Positions 12,291-24,670 of a stretch of 64,000 nt of DNA are shown one piece after another. Source of the DNA: Octopus sinensis (taxonomy: Eukaryota); assembly GCF_006345805.1 (NCBI RefSeq), contig NC_043024.1, positions 18,662,001-18,726,000 of the forward strand. Direction: 5' to 3'. The number at the start of each line of letters is the position of its first letter. Position 1 is the stretch's first letter. The position numbers were made by a program, and so were the translations under genes. The notes under the pieces were generated by a model that saw nothing but the letters and a program-made list of their open reading frames with translations, did not search any database and was not told the DNA's origin.

Positions 12291-13625
12291 TATTGGGTCG
12301 TCAAGTATGAAATTTGCAGAAAAGAAAAAAAGTTTGCTGATGTTTTATAAATACAAGGAATAGTTTTATTCCTCAAAGCATGCACCCATATTGTCAATAC
12401 TCTTTTGCCATTTCAGCGGCAGATTATCCAGCCTGGAACCGTAAAAGCCTGGCAATCTAGAGTCAATAAAATCTTGGAAGGTCTGTTTTACAGCATCGTT
12501 GGAATTAAATGTTTTTCCTATCAAAAAGTTATCCAAATCCTGGAAGAAATGTTAGTCAGTGGGGACAAGATCCTTTGTGTATGGTGGATGATGGAGAACT
12601 TCCAACTCCAACTTCTGTAGTTTCGCTAATGTTATTTTTGTGATGTGTGGTCTGGCGTTGTCTTGCAATAGAATAGGAGTGGATCTGTTGACTAATCTAG
12701 GCTGGTTTTTTTTTTGGTTAGTTTCTGCATCATTTGGTCCACTTGACTGCAGTATACTTTGGCTGTGATTGGCGAGCTAGGTTTAATGAAATCATAATGG
12801 ATCACACCTGCGCCAGACGACCAAACACACCATCAGCTTCTTTTGATGAATTTTGCTATTTAGCCCTTTCGTTACCAACCCGACTGAAACCGCCCCTAGC
12901 TCTGTAGTACAAATGTCTTGTTTTCATAAGTTTTGAATTAAAATCTTCCACCAAAGCTTAGTCATAATTTATGTTCCTAACACTAGCTTAATGATAACTA
13001 AGTTATTTTACTAAATTCTTTGTTATATTTAAAGTAATTGAAAGAAACACAGAGCATCTCAACAGAAATACAGTAACAAAATGGTTAGACTGCGTTTTGG
13101 TGGCTCACCTTTGTCCAACCATTGTGCTGAACGTTTACAATTGTTGTATTGGATCCATTTCTCATCACATGTTACAATGCAATTCAAAGATGATTCATTT
13201 TTGTGATGAGGACATAGCATAATGCAGGCTTCCAAACGTTGCTCTTTCTGATTTCCATTGAGTTCATGTGGAACCCACTGATCCAACTTTTTCACTTTAC
13301 CAATTTGAACTAGGTGAGTCAATATTGTTTCCTAGCTAACATCAAACAACAACGATAATTCACGGGTACTTTAAGATGGATCTGACTCAATGGTGGCTTT
13401 CAGTTCGTCATTATCCATCTTTGTCTTTGGTCGACCAAGTTGCTCATTTGTGAGGTCAAAGTCACCAGAATGAAATTTTGCAAACCAATTTGATATTATC
13501 TGCCGTGTAATAAGATTAGAATGAAATACTCCATTAATATTCTGAGCTGTCTATGATGCTGTATTTCAAAGAAAGAACTCATATTTCAAAACTGTATGAA
13601 TTTCCGACTTACCCAGCTCTAAACA
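12291..13625 (-). mobile_element. Defective mariner transposon (outer element)
   Basis: Minus-strand relic with WFAKF..GDFDL, GRP, WVPHEL, VTCDEKW, LQDNARPH and HPPYTKDLVPTD, carrying stops. TIR-like TATTGGGTCGTC at 12291. Confidence 0.9.
12860..13088 (+). mobile_element. piggyBac-like MITE inserted inside the mariner ORF
   Basis: TTAGCCCTTTCGTTACC...GTAACAAAATGGTTAG interrupts the transposase between DKGEPPK and KIHQKKLMVCVW. Confidence 0.75.
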
Positions 13626-13644
13626 AAAATAGTAAAAATATATT

Positions 13645-14886
13645 TATTGCATTGGAAACTAAGTTCCTGCTGTTCTTTTTTAAATTTCAAAAAGGTTTAA
13701 TGCAAAATAACAACTAATTAATCAATAATGTATTCACCCTTGTTGTTTACAACTTTTTCCCAACGTTCAACAAGATTTTCAATACCTCGTTGGTAGAAAT
13801 CACCTGATTTCGTCTCGAAAAATTGATCCAACCAAGCTCTCAATTCTGCATCAGTATTGAATGAAACTCCGCATATAGCATTTGAATGGATCGAAAAATG
13901 TGGAAATCCATTGGTGCCAAATCAGGAGAGTACAGCAGGTGTGGTCGCACTTCCCAGCCATGCGTTGTTTGAATGGCTTCCTTGGTCATATTAACGATAT
14001 GAGGGTGGGCGTTGTTGTGCAACAGAAGAACTCCATGCTGCTAATTAGGTCTTTTCTCTTGAATAGCCGTTCAAGCAATTTGTAATGGATTATCCCATCC
14101 CAGTTCCACCATACACACATTGTTTTATGCGGATGGATGAAGATCATGTTTCAGGTGAGATGTCGCTTGTTTACCGGGGCTAAGCCATTCCTTAAGCTGC
14201 TTCATTTTGATGTACAGGCACCATTTTTTGTCATCAGTAATGATTCAGTAAAGAAATTGTTGCTTATGTCCATGTGTTGAGTGGTGATGAGCAAGCAAAC
14301 CAGCGGAGATTATGGCTCATTGATTTTTGTTGTCACTTAAAGTATGTGAAACCCATGCTCCATACTTTTGAACCTTTCCTATCAAGTGAAGATGCTTCTC
14401 TATAGCGGTGTGGGAGTATTCCATTTTCTCCGCAAGTTCCCTTGTCATTTGACGAGAATTTTCATGCAAAAGTTGGTTTAATCATTCTTCATCAAACTCA
14501 ACTGGACGGCCAGAATGAGGTGCATCTTTGAGGTCAAAATTTCCATTTTTGAACTTGGTATACCAATCACGAGCATTTCTTTCAGCTATGGCACCCTCCC
14601 CATACACAGCACAAATGTCGCGATCAGCTTTTGCGGCCTTAGAACCTTGATTAAAAGCAAAAAGAAGGAGGTGTCGAAAATGCTCATTTATCTTAACTTG
14701 ACATTCCATTTTAATGATCTGAAAATAAACAAAAATTAACTAAAATTAAGTAGAAAAACAAAGACAAAATAGATTCCAAAATGATTCAAAAATAGAATTC
14801 TCGAGAAAAATAGATTCCAAAATTTAAAAATGCAATGAATTCCAAAATGAAAAAAAAAACGGTGGGAACTTAGTTGTCAACCCAGG
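13645..14886 (-). mobile_element. Defective mariner transposon (second family), both TIRs present
   Basis: ORF 14482-14709 gives the N-terminal HTH (HFRHLLLFAF...FKNGNFDLKDAPHSGRP). Downstream relics include WVSH, ITDDKKW, HNNAHPH and YSPDLAPMDF. TIRs AACTAAGTTCC near 13658 and GGAACTTAGTT near 14865. Confidence 0.9.
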
Positions 14887-15021
14887 ATAAATACTTTATA
14901 AAGTGCAAAATAAGTTAGAATAAAGAAATAGATGTGTCAGCTTTCTAACAAAAAATAAAGATTGTCAAAATATAATAATGAAAACCGATATTGGTGCATT
15001 TAGGACTTAAACACACCAATA

Positions 15022-15210
15022 TGGGTTGTCAAGCGATGGTGGTGGGGACAAACACAAACACACACATACACACACATGAAATAAGCACCAATAAAAGGAA
15101 TACTAGGCTTACAAAGAATAAGTCCTGGGTTCGAGTTGTTCAACAAAAAGGTGGTGCTCCAGCATGGCCACAGTCGAATGACTGAAACAAGTAAAAGAAT
15201 AAAAGAATAT
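15022..15210 (+). mobile_element. SINE family 1, 3' half
   Basis: GGTTGTCAAGCGATG... and AAGTCCTGGG...GAAACAAGTAAAAGA match the consensus (partly rearranged). Confidence 0.65.
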
Positions 15211-15365
15211 ATATATAAAGTACACTTTATTGAGATAATAAAGTTTCCCCAAGATTAAGTAAGATAGGTATAAAATTTGAATGAAATTGGATGGGTAGTT
15301 TTCGAGTTTTAGTGATGCACACAGATAGACAGACACACACACATTCTCCATTATATATACATATA

Positions 15366-15520
15366 TACCGGAGTAAACACATAAATGTGAAACAAGGTGG
15401 AAAAAAGAGTACTCAAATACCAGTGGTAGAGTAATATGATTTATTTAAAAGCAGCAGAAAATTCAACAAAACCTGTTACTCTGAGTTTCCTGTTGCTGTT
15501 AATCGGACATTTTTTGCTAG
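15366..15520 (-). mobile_element. Short Penelope-type terminal repeat with decayed hammerhead, paralog of 50322-50497
   Basis: Reverse complement of the 50.3 kb element. The core reads CCGATTA and stem II is broken. Confidence 0.65.
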
Positions 15521-15865
15521 AAAAACTGTCGGACAGTTCACCGGACATGCAGTGTCATGGGCCAACAAATTTTCAACTTCTTGTCTAATGCGAGCCCGGA
15601 GCAGTCTCTTATCTCTTACACTGTTTCCGTATTATGTGTCAAAAGTGAAACAATAACATCTCTATTAATACTTTCACTATTATAAGGTTTCAGTTTCATT
15701 TCCTTTCATTTTGTATCTATATATATTAGTTTCATTTCTGTTACTTTCAATATGCAGTTATATACGTTTGTGTATATATATATACATACACATATATATA
15801 TACACACACACACACACATATATATACACACACATATATATACACAAACACATATATATATATAT

Positions 15866-15978
15866 GTGCAGGAGTTGCTTACGAACCACATGGTTCCGGG
15901 TTCATTCCCACTGCATGGCTCCTTGGGCAAGTGTCTTCTACTATAGCCTCGGGCCGACCATAGCCTTGTGAGTGGTTG
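15866..15978 (+). mobile_element. SINE family 1 head fragment
   Basis: GCAGGAG...GGTTCCGGGTTC...CTTGGGCAAGTGTCTTCTACTATAGCC. Confidence 0.75.
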
Positions 15979-16039
15979 CAAGATAGATAAGATAGATAGA
16001 AAGATTGATTGCGAGATATACAGGTAAGATCAATCGATC

Positions 16040-16107
16040 GTTAGATAGATAGATAGATAGATCGATCGGTAGATAGATAGATAGATAGATCGATCGATCG
16101 ATCGATC

Positions 16108-16172
<65 letters not shown>
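16040..16172. repeat. (GATA)n/(GATC)n microsatellite
   Basis: Direct reading. Confidence 0.95.
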
Positions 16173-16173
<1 letters not shown>

Positions 16174-16236
16174 GATATGAATTGATTCAGGTAGACCACA
16201 TTATCACTTAAACACTCCTCAAACTGTAAACGTTGA

Positions 16237-16463
16237 TTAACCATTTTGTTGCCATATTTCTCTTGACATTCACTAGTTTTGTTTGAAATGATTTTAAAAC
16301 TAACGACGCATTTAGTGTATCTTCGACATTATTAAGCTAAAACCTGGAACAGAAATTAACAGGAAATGTTTATTCAAGGTTTTGATTCAGATCATATTAA
16401 AACAGGAAGTGTATTTCATTGAATCAAAGGCAATCCAAAGCAGGTTGGTATGAAAAGGTTTAA
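16237..16463 (+). mobile_element. piggyBac-like MITE
   Basis: TTAACCATTTTGTTGCC...GGTATGAAAAGGTTTAA, same family as 12860. Confidence 0.6.
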
Positions 16464-17023
16464 TCAACACCTTGAAAAACAAATTAGGAATAATTAGGTA
16501 AACTCGTCAAATATTCTCAAGGTTATTACCCACCTGAATGAAGAGTACTAATTCACTCAATAAAATTACCGTTCTATCATTATTTAGCGTTTCTTACAAC
16601 AACGAACTGAAACTATTCTCAAGATTTCCCTAATTCGATATTTCACACATTCATCCCCTCATTCATGAATTCTCTCTTCAGTAATCTAGAGATTCAGAGA
16701 ATGATGAAATTTAGCATTACGGTTATATCCTGCTGGTTCCAACATGATATAATTGTGTAGCAAAACCATTTTCTATTATGGTTTATTGAATACATTAAAC
16801 TGAAAGAGGCTCAGCACGTCAATCTGTAATGATTGGTTGTCTTACATATCACATGAGTCCTGTGTTTTGATTGGTCGAATATTGCACGAGATCTGTATCA
16901 AAGTTACAGTCACGTTGCATGTAACTTATTCTTAAAGAACTTTATTCCACAGAGGAATAAAGTCTTGCTGTTATTTTTAAAGTTTGTTTCTTATATTATT
17001 TCCATGAATGAACATGCAACATA

Positions 17024-17321
17024 TCTTTATATATAAAAGTGAAGTTGTGTGTCTGTCTCCTACGATTTAGATTCCTAACTACTCCCACATTTTGCGGTGC
17101 AGTTTAACCAAAACCGGGTATCTTATAGTCGTGATTCATATCGAGCCCTTCTGGGTATTAGCGCGCGTCTACGATGAGTCTACGATTTTAAAAATATTTT
17201 ACCATCATTCTTTCCATTTTAATGCATTTTTTTTGCTATTATATAAGGGAAGTAACTCTCTAAAAATGCTTATATAGTTATTTCCCTTACAAGCCCGAGC
17301 AACGCCGGGCGATACTGCTAG
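17024..17321 (+). mobile_element. Non-autonomous Helitron, copy 1
   Basis: Starts TC after an A. Ends with a CCCG..CGGG hairpin followed by CTAG. Confidence 0.85.
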
Positions 17322-17920
17322 TCTTTATATATAAAAGGGAAGTTGTGTGTCTGTCTCCTACGATTTAGATTCCTAACTACTCCCACATTTTGCAGTGCAG
17401 TGTAACCAAAAGTGAGTATCTTATAGTCGTGATTCATATCGAGCCCTTCTGGGTATTAGCGCATGTCTACGATGAGTCTACGATTTTAAAAATAATTTAC
17501 CATAATTTTTTTCCATTTTAATCCATTTTTTTCGCTATTATATAAGGGAAGTAACTCTCTAAAAATGTCTACGATGAGTCAACTATTAAAAAAAAATTAC
17601 CATCATTTTTTTCCATTTTAATGCATTTTTTCGCTACCATATAAGGGAAGTAACTCTCTAAAAATGTCTACGATGAGTGAACGATTTAATAAAAAATTTA
17701 CCATCATTTTTTCCATTTTAATGCATTTTTTCGCTATTATATAAGGGAAGTAACTCTCTAAAAATGTCTACGATGAGTCAACGATTTAAAAAAAAATTTA
17801 CCATAATTTTTTTTCCATTTTTAATGCATTTTTTTTGATATTTTTTGGCTATAACTCTCTAAAAATGCTTATATAGCTATTTCCCTTACAAACCCGAGCA
17901 ATGCCGGGCGATACTGCTAG
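17322..17920 (+). mobile_element. Non-autonomous Helitron, copy 2 (head-to-tail, internal ~90 bp unit expanded)
   Basis: TCTTTATATATAAAAG begins directly after the CTAG of copy 1. Ends hairpin plus CTAG before a T. Confidence 0.85.
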
Positions 17921-18227
17921 TGTTGTATAATGGCATATAAGATTTTGTAGAAAACCAAGGAAGACTTTTGACCACCTCCATCAAAAAAGTACTATAACAG
18001 TTGATTTCGATATGATATAAAAAGGAGGGTGACTCTTCTTTTGGCATCTCCATGGGGTGCTTTCTCAGAGTCCACGTAGTCAACTGATAGGGTTGTTTAT
18101 CCTTAATACACTCAGAAATTGTAGCTCAATAGTCCTGGACTGTACATAGATGCTGGCTTAGCAATCTCGTACAATATGAAAAGCCAATCATTTAAATATC
18201 TGGAGAGGATCTAATGGGAATAATATA

Positions 18228-18650
18228 CTCTCTCTTTTACTCTTTTACTTGTTTCAGTCATTTGACTGCGGCCATGCTGGAGCGGTATTTCATCTGCCAT
18301 TACGTTCTGAGTTCAAATTCCGTCAAGGTCAGCTTTACCTTTCATCCTTTCGGGGTCGATTAAATAAGTACCAGTTATGCACTGGGGTCGATATAATCGC
18401 CTTAATCCGTTTGTCTGTTCTTGTTTGTCCTCTGTGTTTAGCCCCTTGTGGGTAGTAAAGAAATAGGTATTTCGTCTGCCGCTATGTTCTAAGTTCAAAT
18501 TCCACTGAGGTCGACTTTGCCCTTCATCCTTTCGGGGTCGATTAAATAAGTACCAGTTATGCACTGGGGTTGATATAATCGACTTAATCCGTTTGTCTGT
18601 CCTTGTTTGTCCTCTCTATGTTTAGCCCCTTGTGGGTAGTAAAGAAATAG
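18228..18650 (+). mobile_element. Family 1 tail (minus) fused to a family 2 dimer (plus)
   Basis: ...GCCATGCTGGAGC joins GGTATTTCATCTGCC; two family 2 units follow. Confidence 0.8.
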
Positions 18651-18763
18651 CAAACTGGCCCTTATTCGTTGGTATGACTTGAGAAGGTAACTTTACCATG
18701 GATTTTTTGACCTTCTTTTATGTCTGATGGGTTCAAAAGCTTTCCTTGATATTTCTGAGTAAC

Positions 18764-19141
18764 AGTAGTGGGTGTGTAGTAAGTAGCTTGTTTACCAACC
18801 ACATGGTTCCGGGTTCAGTCCCACTGCATGGCACCTTGGGCAAGTATCTTCTACTATAGACTTGTGAGTGGATTTGGTAGACGGAAACTGAAAGAAGCCC
18901 GTCGTACATATGTGTATATATATGTATGTGTGTGTGTGTTTTGTCCTCTACCATCGCTTGACAACCGATGCTGGTGTGTTTATGTCCCCGTTACTTAGCG
19001 GTTCGGCAAAAGAGACCGATAGAATAAGTACTGAGCTTACAAAAGAATAAGTCCTGGGGTCGAGTTGCTCAATTAAAAGCGTGCTCCAGCATGGCCACAG
19101 TCAACTGACTGAAACAAGTAAAGGAGTAAAGAGTAAAGAGT
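18764..19141 (+). mobile_element. SINE family 1
   Basis: Consensus match. Confidence 0.85.
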
Positions 19142-19479
19142 AGTGCTATCTATTGGCAAGATGGTGTATGCAATGACTTTATTGTTTCTCTCAACATCTG
19201 CTCACCCATCAACAGGTCCAGATAACAACCATTTTTCAACTGAAGTGAAGACATTATCACAAATTATTGGGTAGTGATTAAAGTTAAGGTGAGATTTAGG
19301 GTTAGAGTTTGGGTTAGGGTCAGCTTGCCTATGGGAAATCAATGGTGCCCAGTCCTAAACATGTAAATCATTGTAGCATTTGAGTATTTTAAATCTTTAT
19401 GTCTGTCAGGCTGAATTTAAAAGTAAGCCTATTGCAGGAAAATTGTTGAAAGATTAAAAGAAGGCAGAGAAAAAGAGAT

Positions 19480-19565
19480 AGAGAAACAGAGGTGGATAGA
19501 TAGATAGAATGATAGATAGATAGATAGATAGAGAGAGAGATAGACAGACAGATAGAGAGAGAGAG

Positions 19566-19603
<38 letters not shown>

Positions 19604-20152
19604 CAGATAGACAGCTAGCTAGCTAGTTAGATTGTTAGTAAGATAGATAGTTAGATAATTGATAGATAATTAGATAAAAAGATAGATAGATATCTAAAAG
19701 ATAGATAGGCGCAGGAGTGACTGTGTGGTAAGTAGCTTGCTAACCAACCACATGGTTCCGGGTTCAGTCCCACTGCGTGGCACCTTGGGCAAGTGTCTTC
19801 TACTATAGCCTTGGGCCGACCAAAGCCTTGTGAGTGGATTTGGTAGACGGAAACTGAAAGAAGCCCGTCGTATATATGTATATATATATATGTGTGTGTG
19901 TGTGTGTTTGTGTTTGTTCCCCTAGCATTGCTTGACAACCGATGCTGGTGTGTTTACGTCCCCGTCACTTAGCGGTTCGGCAAAAGAGACCGATAGAATA
20001 AGTACTGGGCTTACAAAGAATAAGTCCTGGGGTCGAGTTGCTCGACTAAAGGCGGTGCTCCAGCATGGCCGCAGTCAGCTGACTGAAACAAGTAAAAGAG
20101 TAAAAGAGTAAAAGATAGATAAATAGATAGATAGATCGATAGATAGAAGCAC

Positions 20153-20207
<55 letters not shown>

Positions 20208-20710
20208 TAGATAAATAGATGGACAGTTACATAGATAGATGGATTCATGGATGGTTTGCTGGCTGGCTGGAAAGTAAGTTAGATGGATAGACAGACAGAG
20301 AGATAAATAGATAGATAAATAGATGGAAGGATAGATAGATAAAAAGATAGAAAGATAAAGAGAAAGATAGATAGATAGATGCAGAGAGCGAGAGAGAAAA
20401 AGAGAGGGATTGAAGAATGGATGGATAAATAGAAAGATAGAAAGATGAATAAATAGAAAGATAGATAGATGGGTAAATAGACAGATAGATAGATAGAGGG
20501 ATGGATGGAAAGAGAGAGCGAAATAGAGAGATGGATAGACTAAACAGAAAGAGAGAGAGGGAGAGCAAGAGAGAGGGAGAGCAAGAAAGAGGGAGAGCAA
20601 GAAAGAGGGAGAGCAAGAGAAAGGAAGAGCAAGAGAAAGGGAGAGCAAGAGAGAGGGAGAGCAAGAGAGAGGGAGAGTAAAAGTGAGAGAGAGAGGAGAG
20701 AGAGAAACAA
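19480..20710. repeat. (GATA)n/(GACA)n/GA-rich simple repeats flanking a SINE
   Basis: Direct reading; includes GAGAGGGAGAGCAA-type units at 20550-20680. Confidence 0.9.
19708..20112 (+). mobile_element. SINE family 1, full length, inside a (GATA)n tract
   Basis: Near-consensus copy. Confidence 0.9.
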
Positions 20711-21219
20711 ACATAAAAAGAGACAGAGGAATATTTCAGAAAACTCTACTGGAAGATAAATTGGTCAACCAAGAGAATTCCTCGCTGCTTACTAATTATA
20801 TATGAACAAAGCAAAAATTGTTATTCTTGTGATTTTAGCTTTGTGGAAATTTATTGGTATCAAGTGCAAATAAACTGTCAAGTTCATATAGCAGTCTGCA
20901 ATAAAAGAAATTGTCAGGAAGCAACAGGCTTGGCTTTGTATCTTTGGTGGCGCTGCTAAGAATCCTCATGCTAAGCCAGTAAAAATACAAAGACGTAGAG
21001 ACTCTGTTATTATCTGTTATATAAGTCTTAGGTTCTGATCACTTATGCAGCATCTTGCTATGATCTTTGTGTTTCGTGTTTTGCTTGGTTTCTGTCATTG
21101 GACTGTGGCTATGCTGGAGCACCGCCTTAACCCTTTTGATGCTAAAATGACTGAGTCTGCCCTTGGTTCTGTGATATAAATTTCCTGTTTTAAATTGAGT
21201 GAAATTAAAACTACTTTTT

Positions 21220-21460
21220 TTACTCTTTTACTCTTTTACTCTTTTACTTGTTTCAGTCATTTGACTGCGGCCATGCTGGAGCGCCACCTTTAGTCGAGCA
21301 ACTCGACCCCGGGACTTATTCTTTATAATCCCGGTACTTATTCAATCAGTCTCTTTTGTCGAATCGCTAAGTGACGGGGACATAAATACACCAGCATCGG
21401 TTGTCAAGCATCGTTGGATGGGACAAACACAGACACACAAGCATACACACACACACATAC
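21220..21460 (-). mobile_element. SINE family 1, 3' half
   Basis: Reverse complement consensus match. Confidence 0.85.
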
Positions 21461-21614
21461 ATACATATATATATATAGTGAGAGAGAGAGAGAGAAAATA
21501 GTAAAAAGTGGAAAAAACTACAGAAGGCTTGTTTTAAAAGGTTAAAAAATATATATTTGAGTCAATATGTCTGAAGAATATTATAAATTTTTTTCTTACA
21601 ATAACATAGTTTAG

Positions 21615-21654
21615 AAGAAATGACCGGTTTCGCGTTTAGCTTTTCAAATTTCTT
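21615..21654 (-). ncRNA. Minimal type-I hammerhead ribozyme motif (U3-A8 variant)
   Basis: Minus strand: AAGAAAT TTGAAAA GC TAAAC GC GAAA CCGG TC ATTTCTT. 7 bp stem I, 2 bp stem II, GUC site. Confidence 0.75.
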
Positions 21655-21733
21655 ACGTTATATTTATGTTGAGAAGAGTTCTAAATAAGGGGAGGTAATA
21701 AGTGATTTATTCCGGTGTAAGGGAGATAATCGC

Positions 21734-22741
21734 TTAAAATTTTTTGCCTTTCCTTTGGGGTGAATTTCTCTGTATAGGTATGTTGGAATGGTTAAGTCTG
21801 GGCTTGTACTTTTCAATGAAGAATGTTTCCTTGTTTAGTCTAATTTGTGTTGATGATCCGAAAGCACATTGGTAAAATGGAAAGATTAAAAATTGTGGTA
21901 GTAGTTTCTTTGCGCATTTCTCAATGTGCTCACTAAAAGGTATCATTCTGTATTCTGGGAATGCAATCTGTTGTCGATGCAGTGTGCATCTACATCTGAG
22001 TGATAGTCCCGTGGATCCCACGCAGTCTTGGTGGCAGCCCGAGCATTTTATGACATAAATTATGTTTTCAGAGGCACAAGTAAAATTAGATTTGATCTTG
22101 AATTTCTGTCCCTCTTTGAAGAGGAATTCTGATCCTTCTAGCAGGTTTGGACATGTTGCACAGTTCGGTCTACCACATTTTTTTACTTTTGCATCCGTAA
22201 TTTCAGAAAACAATTTTGCCTTTGTGAGAATCTTTTTAAGCGATTTAGGTTGTTTGTAGCTTTTAATGATTTGGTGTATGTTTAGAATTTCCTTTAATTT
22301 GGGGTCCTTATGAAGTATTGGTAAATTCTGGGTGATGATGGTGAAGGCTTCTTTGTTTCTGGGGTTGTATGTGGATATGTATGGCAGTATTTTCAGGGAA
22401 GGTGTGTTGCTGTGTTGAACTTTTCTTAAAGTTTCTATGTTGATTTCTGTTGCACGTCTGATCCCATCCTCTATGAGTTGAGCTGGGTAATGTCTGTCAA
22501 TTAGGGTGTTTTTGAGTTCTTGCAGTCTAAAGTTCCTGGTATTTTGTTCTGACACTATTGTGCATATCCTTCTTGCAAGGTTGAAGGGGATGTTTGTTTT
22601 AGTGTGTCTTGGGTGGCATGAATTAAAAAGAAGGTATTGTTTGGCGTCTGTGGCTTTGTAAAAAATGTCTATTTCTATTTTAAGGTTAATTTTTTTAATT
22701 AGTATATCAAAGAATGGGAGCTCCTTTTGGTTGTATTCCAT
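21734..22741 (-). CDS. PLE pol fragment: RT C-terminus, Cys-rich linker and GIY-YIG endonuclease (335 aa, truncated)
   Basis: ELPFFDILI, YLLFNSCHPRHTKTNIPFNLARRIC, KCGRPNCATC, FTCASENIIYVIKCSGC..CVGST, R..LH, KETFFIEKYKPRLN are characteristic Penelope RT/GIY-YIG motifs. The YIG Tyr appears as Cys. Confidence 0.9.
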   Translation of the reverse strand: MEYNQKELPFFDILIKKINLKIEIDIFYKATDAKQYLLFNSCHPRHTKTNIPFNLARRICTIVSEQNTRNFRLQELKNTLIDRHYPAQLIEDGIRRATEINIETLRKVQHSNTPSLKILPYISTYNPRNKEAFTIITQNLPILHKDPKLKEILNIHQIIKSYKQPKSLKKILTKAKLFSEITDAKVKKCGRPNCATCPNLLEGSEFLFKEGQKFKIKSNFTCASENIIYVIKCSGCHQDCVGSTGLSLRCRCTLHRQQIAFPEYRMIPFSEHIEKCAKKLLPQFLIFPFYQCAFGSSTQIRLNKETFFIEKYKPRLNHSNIPIQRNSPQRKGKKF

Positions 22742-22889
22742 TTCAGGACAATAAAATAAAAATACCAGTCACATGCTGGTATCGATATAACCAACTAAAC
22801 CCCCTCCCCTCAAAAATGTTGGTCTTAAGGAATTCTGTCTGGCCCATCCCACGCAAACATAGAAAAAACAACGGTAACATACATGGGAG

Positions 22890-23258
22890 CTGTGATGAAA
22901 ATGATGCTGGTGATGGTGATGGTGATGGTTGTGGTCAAGGTAATGGTAATGATGATGACAATGATGATGTTGACAATAATGAGGATAATAATGATAATGA
23001 TGAGGATGATGGTTGTGGAGGTCGTAGGGGTGGTAGTGATGATGATGATGATGATGATGCTGATGGTGATGATGATGGTGGTGATGTTGATGATGAGAGT
23101 GTTGGCTGTGATAATAATTATGATAATGATGATGATGATGTTGACAACAATGATGATAATAATGATAATGACGATGGTTGTGGGGGTAGAAGCGGTGGTA
23201 GTGATGGTAATGATGATGATGATGATGACAATGATGATGATGATGGTGATGACAATGG

Positions 23259-23300
<42 letters not shown>

Positions 23301-23410
23301 CAATGGCGATGATGATGATGATGATGATAATGATAATGAGGATAATAATGATGGTGGGTGGTGGTGATGACAATGTTGCTGACAACGACGATGTTGACAA
23401 CAATCATGAT
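22890..23410. repeat. (GAT)n/(GGT)n compound trinucleotide tract with a higher-order duplication
   Basis: Direct reading; the block GATGTTGACAA...GATGGTTGTGG..GGTGGTAGTGAT occurs twice. Confidence 0.9.
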
Positions 23411-23618
23411 AACGATTAAGCAAGACAGACAATTTTCTACAACCGTTTGTATGTACCAGACAACAGAAGCCATGTCGTACATTGTTAACACGAATAATTC
23501 GATAATTAACAAGAAAATATTTATTTTAATCAAATGGTTTTTTTAATATATTTTTCTAAAGCAAAAAAATGTCTTCAGACAATTATAAGTTGCAACAATT
23601 TCATTTTTGTGAACAAAA

Positions 23619-24019
23619 GGCGTAGGAGTGGCTGTGTGGTAAGTAGCTTGCTTACCAACCACATGGTTCTGGGTTCAGTCCCACTGCCTGGCACCTTGGG
23701 CAAGTGTCTTCTACTATAGCCTCGGGCCGACCAAAGCCTTGTGAGTGAATTTGGTAGACGGAAACTGAAAGAAGCCTGTCATATATATGTATATGTATGT
23801 GTGTGTATATGTTTGTGTGTTTGTGTTTGTCTCCCCAACATCGCTTGACAACCGATGCTGGTGTGTTTACGTCCTCGTAACTTAGCAGTTCAGCAAAAGA
23901 GACCGATAGAATAAGTACTAGGCTTACAAAGAATAAGTCCCGGGGTCGATTTGGTCGACTAAAGGTGGTGCTCCAGCCTGGCCACAGTCAAATGACTGAA
24001 ACAAGTAAAAGAGTAAAAG
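23619..24019 (+). mobile_element. SINE family 1, full length
   Basis: Consensus match. Confidence 0.9.
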
Positions 24020-24225
24020 GGTAAAATCCCTCAGCTGTCTCCCTGCCCCCACCAAAGTCACCGACTTGATTTATTTCGTTTTTGAGGCGAGAGATCTGAT
24101 GCTATTGATGTGATTAAAATGTTACAAGAAAGAATTGCAAGATAGATTCTTCAAGCCAAGTCAACTGACAGGAGACCCAGAGGTTGACCAAGAACGAGAT
24201 GACTGGAGAATATCCACAGTCCATA

Positions 24226-24390
24226 GGTGCAGGAGTGGCTGTGTGGTTAGTAGCTTGTTTACCAACCACATGGTTCTGGGTTCAGTCCCACTGCGTGGCA
24301 CCATGGGCAAGTGTCTTCTACTATAGCCTCGGGCCAACCAAAGCCTTGTGAGTGGATTTTGTAGAAGGAAACTGAAAGAAGCCTGTCATA

Positions 24391-24449
<59 letters not shown>

Positions 24450-24670
24450 TTGTGTGTCTGTGTTTGTCCCCCTAGCATTGCTTGACAACTGATGCTGGTG
24501 TGTTTATGTCCCCGTTACTTAGCGGTTCAGCAAAAGAGACCGATAGAATAAGTACTGGGCTTACAAAAGAATAAGTCCCGGGGTCGAGTTGCTCGATTAA
24601 AGGCGGTGCTCCAGCATGGCCGCAGTCAAGTGACTGAAACAAGTAAAAGAGTAAAAGAGAAAAGAGAGAG
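24226..24670 (+). mobile_element. SINE family 1, full length
   Basis: Consensus match. Confidence 0.9.

Larger units (their letters stand above)
21490..22745 (-). mobile_element. 5'-truncated Penelope-like element (PLE)
   Basis: Contains the RT-thumb plus GIY-YIG ORF, followed by a terminal region with a hammerhead motif. Confidence 0.9.

Noticed and set aside
19283-19320. Telomere-like TTAGGG repeats
   Set aside because: Only two exact units in a short degenerate run, which is insufficient for an interstitial telomere call.
22714-23367. Asp-rich 217 aa ORF resembling acidic biomineralisation proteins
   Set aside because: It is a translation of a (GAT)n compound microsatellite that is open in most frames, with no signal peptide or splice support.
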